A stretch of 64,000 nucleotides of DNA from Lytechinus pictus. Taxonomy: Eukaryota. A program made the position numbers and the translations under genes. Positions 24,032 through 36,528 of the stretch are shown here, piece after piece. Under the pieces are notes generated by a model. That model did no database searches. It saw only the letters and a list, made by a program, of their open reading frames with translations, and was not told the DNA's origin. Where the stretch lies: NCBI RefSeq assembly GCF_037042905.1, contig NC_087263.1, positions 14,510,001-14,574,000 on the forward strand, read 5' to 3'. Position 1 is the first letter of the stretch; each line of letters begins with the position of its first letter.

Positions 24032-25812
24032 TATATGATCATACTCATACTAATTTTAGATACATAATACATAATTATTACAGTACATGTGTACATGTAC
24101 ATAAAAACTGTTCAGGATCATCTACAATTAAAAACCATTATTTTTTTACCTGAGTATGACGAAATTCGGCTAATATTTCTATTCTAATGACACCATCCTA
24201 GTACTGCTATATGGGCCAATTTTTTTTGTCACATTGAACGTCAGGACCAATTTTTTCTAAAACTACAAAAGTTAAATAATCATTCGAAAGAAAAGATATT
24301 AGGATTTCAAGAGGATTGAAAAGAGGTATTAACAGAAGTTAGTGAGAAATAAAAAGTAAGAGCAAAACACAATTTCCCCATGAAAGACAAGAGTGAGACG
24401 TAAAAAAATAATAATACAAATTTCAAATTCATGCATAGTTTAATCCCTTGCATGAATCAATACATGTGTAAAAAATAAGTGCAATGACAGCACCTACAAT
24501 TTCATCCTTAGTTATAACTTTCTATTAAAAAATGTCCCCAAACCCCCCTCAAAACAACGAAGTTTGGTTCAGATTTATATGATGTGTGCGAGGGGGGGGG
24601 GGGGCTGGTGCAACTGTGAGCGATTTGTTGTCACAATTTGTATTGCTAAAAACATAAATACAGTGCATAGTACAATCTCTTTTTAGTATTAATGATATTT
24701 AAGGTACATGTACATGTACATATAACTTGTAAGGCAGCCAAATTGCAGATTTTCATTTTTATAAAAAGAAACAAAAAACACATTAAATCACTAGAATTCC
24801 AACACTGTTACAAGATGATGAAATGTTAACATTGGTTTAAAAGCTGAAACGACATTTGACCTCATCACATTGTTTATTTTATGGTATACATTTTAAATAA
24901 AACATCAACATTTATATACCCATCACCAATTTAGTTTACAGATAAAAAACAAAACAACAAAACAAAAAACAAAGATAATCTATAAAAATAGAGATAAATT
25001 GATTGTATATCACATTATATAATTGTAAACTGTAGTAATTCATATCTTATTTCAGTAACACGAAAGACACGCTATTTCATCCTCTGAGGTTGAAAGACTA
25101 TATTGTACTTAGGAAAGTACATACATATATACCAAGCCTTCCTTTTCTTGAAATATACACAAATATAAACTATCCAAAAGACTGATTACATCACATAATA
25201 AAAAAATATAAAGTACAAATGGAATTAATGTTACCAATTATTATGGGTATACATACATATAATCATTCATTTCATGAATGATTGCATCTTATAATGTATT
25301 TAAACAGAGAATTGTATAAGGGGAAAGAGAGACAAGAAATGCAGTCTTTATGAGCAGGTGGTTTATATTAACAGATCCTTTTAATACATATTCAAACAGA
25401 GGATTGTATTGGGGGGGGGGGGGGAATGAGGAAGTCCTTCTATACAGGTGGTTGTTTACAGCAGGTTCAATTCAATTCAATTCAATTCAAATTTATTTTC
25501 ATTCTTCAACATACTATAAATAAGTACAAGATAAATTGATTCAATTTTAACAAAAGCATGAACAAGATTCAACATTGAATAAATGATATACATATTCAAT
25601 AAGTGATTCAAATATAGATTAACGTGCATGTCAATTTTAAATCAATATAATCAATATAATTAAATATAATTAAAATCAATATAAGTATATATCATGAGAA
25701 GAATGGAGGTTGACTGTACCAGATGATTTTACTGTCTTAGAAAAGTTGAATGGATCGAGGAGATTGGCCAAGTCTGTAGAAACCTGCTCACCTCATTGTT
25801 CTTGCCACTTGT

Positions 25813-25821
25813 TTACATCAT
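25813..25821 (-). CDS. Probable RPTP stop-containing micro-exon (MM*)
   Basis: Strong acceptor cctttcttttaccag|ATG ATG TAA, followed 21 nt later by GAG|gtgagc. Confidence 0.5.
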   Translation of the reverse strand: MM

Positions 25822-28800
25822 CTGGTAAAAGAAAGGCCAAAAATTGCCGTTAGTTATCAACTGAATAATGAAAATAAATAAATAAACAAACAAATAAATA
25901 AATGAATGTATAAATAAATAAATAAATGAATGAACAAATAAATGAATAAATAAATAAATAAATAAATAAATGAATAAACAAATAAATAAACAAATGAATA
26001 AATAGATAAATAATAGATAAATAAGTGGCTCCATTCTCCCTTAATTTATTATAACAATAGTATACAGGGTGTTTCTAAAAAAAAGGTAACCAAAGTTCAA
26101 AAGTCTTGTGATTTCTATTCTACATAACTGAGTAATTCATCAACTTTAAGTTGACACCTCGCTTGCGTCACAAATTGGGTTTTGTGCGTGTACATTAACA
26201 CCCAAAGCTTGGAAATAGCAGGTTTTGTACCCTTTTGCATTTTAAGGACCATATTAAACTCTGTGACCCGTGACATTTGTGTCGCAAGCAAGGTGTCAAA
26301 TTAAAGTTGATGAGTTCCTCAGTTATGTAGAACAGAAATCACAAGAATAAATCATGTATTCTTAATATACATGTAGCTGGCCTTTGAACTTCAGTTGGCC
26401 TTTTTTAGAAACACCCAGTAAGAACCATAGTATTAAAGGTAGTATCAAATACAAGATTGTGACAATGCTTTTCAGACATATGCCCCAAGATACTGGAACA
26501 AGCTTCCAAGATATGTGCACCTCTCTCCATTTTTTAAAGTATTCAAGACTCAAAACTCTTATTTAATCAATAATCTTTACATTTATTTTTATCTCTTTAA
26601 GTTTCAACGCATTGTCTATTGCACTGTCAAACAATATATTTTCTGCAAGAGTGCTATATAAATGAACAAATTATTATTATCGTTATTAAAGTTAATTAAA
26701 GATATTAACTCACCCGTTGGATAAGAGTATTGATACAATGATGGATGAATATGTATTGTTTCTGAGGATAAAATAAAAAGGATGCAATTAAATAAACAAA
26801 AAATTAAGTGTGATAATATGTAGAAACATTGAATAAGCAGAGAAAGAATATAGAACTTTAGGTACCGGAATAAAATCAAAGCAACCTTCAGCTCTTTCAT
26901 CAAGGGTACCGCTAAGTCTAGTGGGGGGGATGTTTCTTTGCCACAAACATCAAAGAGTAGATGAATTTTATACAATTTTATTACTATATTTTGTTGTACA
27001 GTTTTTGTAAACATCGATAATAATATAATTTTAAACATCATAATTTCACTGAATTTCCTTAAAGGGGAAGTTCACCCTGAAAAAAACTTTGTTGTAAAAA
27101 TAGCAGAAAAAATAGTAAAAAATATTGGTGAAGGTTTGAGGAAAATCCGTCAAAGAATAAGAAAGTTATTAGAGTTCAAAGTTTTGGATTTGTGACGTCA
27201 TAAACGAGCAGCTGCCCCATGTGTTACATGTATGTAATATAAAATGCATGAATTTCAAATTTTATATGGTTCCTGATGACTTAATTTTGTTTTCTATTCA
27301 TGATCGGGTGTGAAATGATTTGTCTATTGATATACAAAAGATACAGTAAAAACCATTTCCAATTTTCTGAGAAAATGAAATTTCATTGATTTTTTACCAT
27401 TCGCTATGTAGGAATGCTGCTCGCATATGACGTCACAAATCAAATAATTGAAATTCTAATAACTTTTTAATTATTTGATGAATTTTTCTCAAACCTTCGG
27501 CAATATTTTTTATTATTTTTACAATAAACTTTTTGTCAGGGTGAACTTCCCCTTTAAACATCCAGCTTTTCGAGTAGTCACATACCAAATTCATCACACA
27601 ATATGAATATTTGATTTATAACCTATCAATGTCTTTTTTGCTCATCCGCAAAGTTTCCCAAATAGTGCACATGGATGATTTGTAAGCCATTGGCTTTTTA
27701 TTTAATTCCCCCAACCACATTCTATTGTATATAACAAAGCTTAGAATATAGAAAACAAAGTTAAGCTTAAGAAATGGTAGCAAGACGGTGCCCGCCGCCC
27801 CCCCCCTCTTCCCAGGTTGTTCCATGTGGTTTCATCCTATCGAAATGTTGTGCCATTTATATTTAGAGTAAATTCAGATAATTTGAAAATGAGTGAATGG
27901 TTGACTTACCACTGTCTGGACCATGTTGAAACGTTGCTCTCTCATACGAGCCACGGTGCCGCAAACATCGACGTAGTCATTACGTTTGGAATTCTCGACT
28001 TCCTTGACGAGTCGATGCAGGGCAATGAAGACCCCGGTTCGACCGATGCCAGCACTGAAAGGTAAAGATATTGAATGTATCAACTCTTCTAATAAAATAC
28101 AGTACAATCTGTATAAGTCGACCTTCCATAAGTCGAAAAATGTCCTTAACTCGAACCATTATTTCAAACCAGATTATGGAAAACATGGATTAATGGTATG
28201 TTCTAAGTCAAATTTTCTATTAAAGAGAGCCGACTCCCTAACCCTTTGTATAGGAAGGTGATTCAAGGATGATGATGGTGATGGAGACAGCAATGATAAT
28301 GGTGATGATGGTTTATGATAATTATGATGATGCTCTTGGTGCTGCTGATGATGACGATGGTGGTGATGGTGGATGATAATTATGATGACGGTGTTGGTAA
28401 TTATGATGATGATAATGGTGATGGTGGTGATGATGATGGTGGTGATGGTGATGATGGAGGTAGTGATAAGATGAATGACGGGGATAACGTTGAGGATGAC
28501 AGTAGAGGTGATGGTGACGATACCAATAATGGCGATGATATTGGTATAGTGATGATGATGAAAGTGATGATGATGATGACAAAGGTGGTGGTGGATGAGG
28601 TGGTCATGATGTTGATGATAAAAATGTTGGTGGGTGGTAACGATGCCAACAAAGGCAATGATGATAATGGTAGTGATCATTATGACGACGGAGTGATGGT
28701 AATGATTACAATGATGATGATATAGACATGACAACGATGATGGTGGTGTTGATGTTGATGTAGGCCTGCACAGTGATAAGGATGACAATCATGATGATTG

Positions 28801-31800
28801 CAATGATGACGATGATGATCATGATATTATTAAAGGACAAGTCCACCCCAACAAAAATTTTATTTAAATAAAAAGAGAAAAATCCAACAAGCATAACACT
28901 GAAAATTTCATCAAAATCGGATGTAAAATAAGAAAGTTATGACATTTTAAAGCTTCGCTTAATTTCACAAAACAGTTATATGCACATCCTGGTCAGTATT
29001 CAAATGAGGAGACTGATGACGTCATCCACTCACTATTTCTTTTGTATTTTACTATATGAAATATGAAATATTCAAATTTTCTCCTCATTGTCATGTGAAA
29101 CAGTGATTAATTCCTCCCTATACATGTGGAATTAGCATTGTTTAATACTATATGGTTCAGTCGAGTTGGTCCCTTTGGTCAAATCTGTAAAAAATGAAAT
29201 ATTGTTTAATTAAAACAATAAAAAACAAAAGAAATAGTGAGTGATGGACATCATCGACTGACTCATTTGCATTTCATTGAGTTGTGCATATCACTGTTTT
29301 GTGAAAAAAAGGGAAACTTTAAAATGCCATAACCTTCTATTTTACATCCGATTTTGATGAAATTTTCAATGTTATGCTAGTTTGATTTTTCTCTATTTAT
29401 TCAAATCAACATTTTGCTTGGGTGGACTTGACCTTTAATGATGACGATGATGATGATAATGCTGATGATGAAGATGATGATGAAGGAGATGCATGATGGT
29501 GGTGATAGTCATATTGATGATGATGCATGATGGTCACAGTGTGGGGGAGGGGGGGGTTAGGACATTTTTATTTATATTTTTTTCATCCTGTTCATGTCAT
29601 CATTTTAACCTATGCCAATATATGTATTGCCATGATGGCACTCGGGGTCTGCCTCGTCAAGACCTTTCGGTCTTTTGCAGTCTCCCAAATTTCATTTATA
29701 TTTATGTATGTTTAATTGTTTTGTTACTATGTATTTCTCTGATATTGTATCTTGTATTTTTATTGAATGGAATTTGAATAAATTGAACTTTAATTTTAAT
29801 TTTTAATTTAATGTAGACCTACATGATGACAACGAGGACAATGATAACAAAAAACAACAACCGCAACATTGACTCACCTGCAATGTACGACAATGGGTCC
29901 CCTCTTCCTGTCATGAGCGACAGTAATGGTCTTGATAAATTCAATCATGGGGTGCACGTTGTTAGGTACATCATGGTCAACCCAGTCTCGGAAGGCATAC
30001 TGGTGGGTCTCAAACTGGTTCTGGCCCTAATTACCAGACAAAAAAGAAAACATTTTAATTAAGATCTGCGTCAACATTCATGCACTGTCCAAGCTGTTAT
30101 TTTTTATAAGGCTATTTTTTGTGAAGACACAAACTACCTCGGGATGCAAAATTTTGAAAAGAAAATGTACAAATTTGTACACGAAGTCTCATGATATAAA
30201 CTCTTTACACTGATGGATAATTTCCTTCTAATGTTTAAAAAATTCTTACAACATTTCCAAAGAAATAAAACATTTTCAATATGCTCCCATGCATTCATGT
30301 TTTTCCAATAGAGATAAAATGACTAGCATAATAAAAAAAAAGGCACAATTTTGTTCTTTACCCATCACAAAGAAAGGTTGTTAGCGTTGACAATGTGCTA
30401 ACAAAGGACCTGTTACAACCGGTAATGTTGCAGCAATGCCTGATGTCACAACAACATGTTATTTACATCTTGGAGCAACTTTTGACATCACAATCCAAAA
30501 GATGCAACTGTAAACGTTAACAACATTTTTCATTGAAAAGGGTATACATCAAGACTATCTTAGGGTGTGTTCAATGTCAGTTTCAAAATTTAAACGGTAA
30601 CATGAAACGTGATTGAAAACGTGATTACAAAACGCGAATATAATGAGAAACAGAGAATGTGTTCAATGATCTCCATTCCCGGTCGTAAAAGTACATATAA
30701 ACGTCTTTCAAATCATGATTCTGAGTAAAATTTAAGCGTTGAAAAAGATGCATTTGTAAAAGCAATCAGCTCAAATTTTACGACCTTCAGCATCGCGAAT
30801 ATGACATTGAACACAATTGAGTTTTGAAACGTCTTTGAATTTGCTCTCGCAGTGGAAGCCTACACAAACAGGTGCCAGAACTGATCTTTCTGGTGATGGG
30901 TCAAACTGCGTACTAAAGCTGGGCTAACGAAAGCGGGAAATTTAAAGACGATCGACATATAAACGACTTTATATTTTCGACACTGAATGGTGCACCGTTG
31001 ATCGTATTAGCATTCTGTAATTGAGTTTTCAATCATGATTTATGCTGCTGTTTAAATTTGAAAATTGACATTGAACACACCCTGTATGTACATACATATG
31101 TAGGCCTATGTGTTCTGGGTTTAGTGCCACTTTATAAGATTAACAGGAGGCCCTGTCCCCCCAAGTTCAGATTTTTTATTCACAAATTGTCGTCATTTTT
31201 TTACCTTCTCCAGAATAAATGATCTGACGGTCCAATTGGCCATCTCCTGAGAGTTCGTCATGGTGACTGTCACGCCTCCATACATAACCGGCGCGTTCAG
31301 CTCATCGGGCCAATAATGTTCGCACTTGGTCTGTAATGATTAAATTCAACATAAGTCATATATTAATAAATATCACAGAAATGAATCTGCCACACTGGGC
31401 CATTTACTTGGTTTTTTTTTATGATGGATTTTCTCTAATATCTTCATTCAAGGGTTGTTTTTTTTCCTTTATGTTTTTGCGATGGAAATCGTCGGCGACA
31501 CTATCTCAGTCATAAATAACATGACATCAGTTCCTTTTAATCAGTAAAAATAAAAATATTGATACATTTATGAAAGTTGGCTACATCAAAAATTTGCATT
31601 GGATTTCTACATAAAATAATGTTTTTTAAAAGCAATTTTGGGTCTGACATGCACTTTTAAAATGTTGCATAACTTCAGAACCACATACCCCTGTGTCAAA
31701 AATATCATCTTAAATGTTGCGCAAGACTTAAAGGAAAAAAGTCATGAAATGTCGCAGCACGATCTTTTCGCAATACAGATTGAACAGATTAGAGGTTATT

Positions 31801-34800
31801 GTCGAAAATTGGTGAACCAGGACAGCAGATCGCCCTAAGATTCGGTGCTGACAAAAAATTGCAAATATGTCGTTTATCCAGAGTCCAGGATGACACTGCT
31901 GTTTTGATTCACCGATTTTCGACAAAGACTGCTTTGTCAGTAAGGGCTTTTGACAATAGATTCTCTGGCCCGTATTCTGAAGTCAGGTTTAACTTAGACC
32001 ATGGTCTAACTCTGTGCTAAAGTTATGGGAAGCCTAAAGTGTCAAAATCTTTATTAAGTTGTATGTTTCTTATATTTACTGCATTCTTTCCCGATTCTTC
32101 AATGGTGAAGACAATCACCTTTTTATACTTCCTAGACAATTATAAATGATTTGAGAGTCAAATGAGCTCAAATATGATATCTCTACTGTAAGTGATTCAT
32201 GTAACAATTGGCTATCCATACTTAAACCACAACTTTAAACCTGAGGCTACGGGCCTCTATGTTCCAGAAAGCGTCTGCATAGTGGTTGTGAAAACTGACC
32301 AAAATTAAAGTCCTTCTTACCCTAGCCTCCTTCCACAAGGCCAGTAATCATGGCAACGGTTTTCGAAGCCACTAAGTAGATGCTTTCTGAAACTTTGAGA
32401 ATCTATTGAAAATGCCTGTCAATCCACAATGAACAGCTAAGTGGTCTTTGTCAAAAATTGGCCAACCGGGACAGCAGATCATCCTAAGATTTGGAGCTGA
32501 TGAAAAACTGCAAATATGTTGTTTGTTCAGAGTCCAGGACGACACTGCTGTTGATTCACCTATTTTTGACAAAGGCTGCTTCGTCAGGAAGGGCTTTTGA
32601 CAATAGATTCTCTATGTTCCAGAAAGCGTCTGCATAGTGGTTATGAAAACTCCCTAATATGAAGCTGTATATGACCAAAATTAAAGTCCTTCTTACCTTT
32701 CCTCCTTCTACAAGGCCAGTGATCATGGCAATGGTCGTGCTCTGGTTCTCAAACACCATCTCCCAGAAGTCGTTGATGGAGTCGGGCACGGGACCTTGGG
32801 AGGCAATGTATTCCTTGGCAGAGTGTAAGCCCTATGGGATGTCATGGGATAAAAAGGGTGCAATATCATCAACAGGGGATTAAGATGGAGGAGTAGAGGG
32901 AGAGAGAGAGAGAGAGAGAGAGAGGGGATAGTAAGAGACAGAGAGACAGATATAGAGATATACTGACATACATGTAAGCCCAGTTGACACCTGCACGCAT
33001 TGTGGTTCCCGCATAGTTTGCGCACGGGCACGAGTGTGGCAATGCGGGGACTATATGTGCCAACATGCGGATAGGTGCGCAGCAGTGTGTGAAATACGCG
33101 CCAAAATTTTCAACATGTAGAATACAAATTCATAAACTTTGTGCAACATAGCTGTCGAAATAGAAGTTTTGTGGCGCAAAAAATAGTTGGCACACCCCCC
33201 GAGGTAGTGGCACGCAGTTCGCGACTAGTTCATGACAAGTTCACGGCAGGATCGCTCATACTTTGTGCATAGGCTAATTATACATGTACTTCTCGCATAG
33301 TTCATGATCAGTGTATGTGGTCCTGATCCGCGAACAAAGAAAGATGAGAGAGATAGATAAACAAGTGGAATGCCTCTGGCCGTCTCACCTGCATCACGCG
33401 ATTCAATATAGCAGCAGTGCTGATTTTGAAAACTACTATAACTCGCACAAGATGTTCAGTGATACTTGGTTACTCTTATTTTCACGTTTTATGAACTAGA
33501 CCAATACACTTATAGAGATATGATGGCAATTCAACAAATACCCCCAACGTGGCCAAAGTTCTTTGACCTTACATGACCTTTGACCTTGATCATGTGACCT
33601 GAAACTCGCACAGGATGTTCAGTGATACTTGATTACTATTATGACTAAGTTTTATGAACTAGACCAACACACTTTCAAATTTATGGCTGTAATTCAACAA
33701 ATACCCCAATTTGGCCAAAGTTCATTGACCCTAAATGACCTTTGACCTTGATCATGTGACCTGAAACTTGCACAGGATGTTCAGTAATACTTGATTACTA
33801 TTATGTCCAAGTTTCATGAATCAGATCCATAAACTTTCAAAGTTATGATGGTAATTCAACAGATACCCCCAATTCGGCCAAAGTTCATTGACCCTAAATG
33901 ACCTTTGACCTTGGTCATGTGATGTGAAACTCATGCAGGATGTTCAGTGATACTTGATTAACCTTATGTATAAGTTTCATGAACTAGGTCCATATATTTT
34001 CTAAGTTATGATGACATTTCAAAAACTTAACCTTAGGTTAAGATTTTGATGTTGATTCCCCCAACATGGTCTAAGTTCATTGACCCTAAATGACCTTTGA
34101 CCTTGGTCATGTGACATGAAACTCAGGCAGGATGTTCAGTAATACTTGATTAACCTTATGGCCAAGTTTCATGAACTAGGTCCATATACTTTCTAAGTTA
34201 TGCTGTCATTTCAAAAACTTAACCTCAGGTTAAGATTTGGTGTTGACGCCGCCGCCGCCGTCGCCGTCGCCGTCGGAAAAGCGGCGCCTATAGTCTCACT
34301 CTGCTATGCAGGTGAGACAAAAAGCAGCCAAAGAAAGAAAGAAAGAGAAAGAGAAAAGTAAACACACAGAGATGACAGAGAAGAGATCCTTATTTTCTTT
34401 ACCTGGATGTAGTTAGCATTGATGTAATCACTGGTCTGCCCTTCTTCTAAATCTTGCAAATGAACAGCGGTCTCATCGACTGTGAACCAAAAATGTAAAA
34501 AGAACGTATAAATGCACAAATATTCACACAAAAATGTGGTGCGTTTCATACAGGTATTATACTGCTTAAGCTATTATGTAAATTCAAAGAAGCATGATCT
34601 TAAAAAAAAAAAAATCACTATTTTTTCTTGCTTTATGACACACCGGATATTAACCCTATAGCACCTACAGACTCCTATGCATAATGGCAATTACTCACTG
34701 GAGGAAACAATAAAACTGGTAATAAGTAGGCATTGTTCCAAACAAATTGAAATAGTTTTTTATAAATTTATTTTTGTTCATTACAAGTTATATTTATTTT

Positions 34801-36495
34801 GCAGCATAGGACCTGTTGAATAGAATGGTACATGGCAAAGTTCAATCAGATGTACGAATATTGACCTTTGACAATCGTTTGCAGAGCGAGAAAAAAAACA
34901 ACAAAAGTTTGGGTTTCAGCCGCCCCAGTCCCACGCCTTCAAAAAAATGTAAAGTATCACTGACAGAATACTAAAGTTTTCGCCAAATCTTGGATCAAAT
35001 ATGTCAAAAATTAATTCCAACTCACATCTAGATGTCACTCTGTGTGATATCCAACGTTTTGATGAACATATAGCAACGCCCGAGCTTCTTCGGCGAAGTA
35101 AGTGGTTTTCCGAGACATGGACGCAGCCATCTTTGCTGAAATCGACTGCGCAACAGTCTGGAACTTGCTACACACCGATGCATGTCAATCGGTTTTTCTT
35201 TATTATACTCAATAGGGGCATACACTTTTCTATGCAGATCTATATAGCAGCCAACCGATACGGTATGCACACGCAATATTACCACGGTAAATCATAGACA
35301 AGAGATACTATAGCGCAAAGAAAACGTACGGGCGGTTAAGGGCGGTTCAGTGTGTAATAGGAAGGGCGGTCTCGGGCGGTTCAGGTGCTATTTGGTTAAA
35401 CGTTATAAGAGGATTGCACGATAGGAGATAGCTACATGTACTCACATGGTAAGATGTTTCTGTATCTGTTCTTGGTTGCATTGACAGGAAGCCTGGAAGC
35501 CTCAGTGCTCTTATCTCGGCCCACATTTGAAAGAGTCTGCAACCAAATGAAATATAAATAAGACTTGGTAACATTTTACAATGATAATTTAAGATGCCAT
35601 TCCACTTTGCCAATCTTGCTACGATTAAGCAAACCTACAGATAGGAGGAAAATGAACCTTATACCTGGAGTCAGCAAACACTACTTACCAGGGACAAAAG
35701 AATTTCAATTGGAGCAGGGGCTTAATAATGGATGTTGTTTTGATATGCAACAAAATATAACAGAGTCTGACCGACTACAGTGCTTTTGACTTTTGGGTTG
35801 ATCAAAATTCACTGATTTTTCCCTGAGTTGAGGTATTTTTCTTATCACATCCCCTGATTTTTCCCTGACGGGAAAAAGTAAAATAACTTTCCCTGATGGG
35901 CTAAGAACCCTGTCATAACTGTCTTATTTTACATTTGGTTTCGATGAAAAATTCAATTTTCTGCTCGTTTGAATTTTTGTTATGTATTCAAATAATCTTG
36001 TCATTGAGGGTGGACATAGATTTTAAGCAGTTACGAATTCCTGCCAACCACAGACTATTAAGAACCTTTAAAACATTCATTTCCTATTCAATACTGCAAG
36101 AAAAAATCACAGATATAGGAACATACAGGTTAAAATGGCAAATTTCTTTCCCCCCAATTCCAAAATGGAATATTCTTATCTAATAGGAACAGTTGGAAAG
36201 TATACAAATGTTGAAAAAGCTTACATTATACTCTTCGACAAATCCAGCATTCATGTTGCGACTCATCGTATCAATATGGTTAGAAAAGTTCTTAATCTGC
36301 ACAGCACTAAAGAAATAAAAAGCAAGGAAAGGCAACAATTTATTAATTACTAAAGAAGGTTAATAATACCTGATAAAAAAATAATGGTAAATAAATCAAG
36401 ACCTGCACAAACTCTGCATGAATCCCTTTTTCAAATATGGATCACAGCCCATTTCTTAACCCTCAATCTCCCGGGATATTTTGATTCTTGTCATT

Positions 36496-36528
<33 letters not shown>

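Noticed and set aside
23300..26700. Second (D2) PTP domain downstream of the first
   Set aside because: No PTP motifs or exon-like sequence found; the region is AT-rich and UTR-like.
35329..35385. Cluster of four GGGCGG boxes as an internal promoter
   Set aside because: No other promoter evidence; more likely subterminal repeats of a decayed element.
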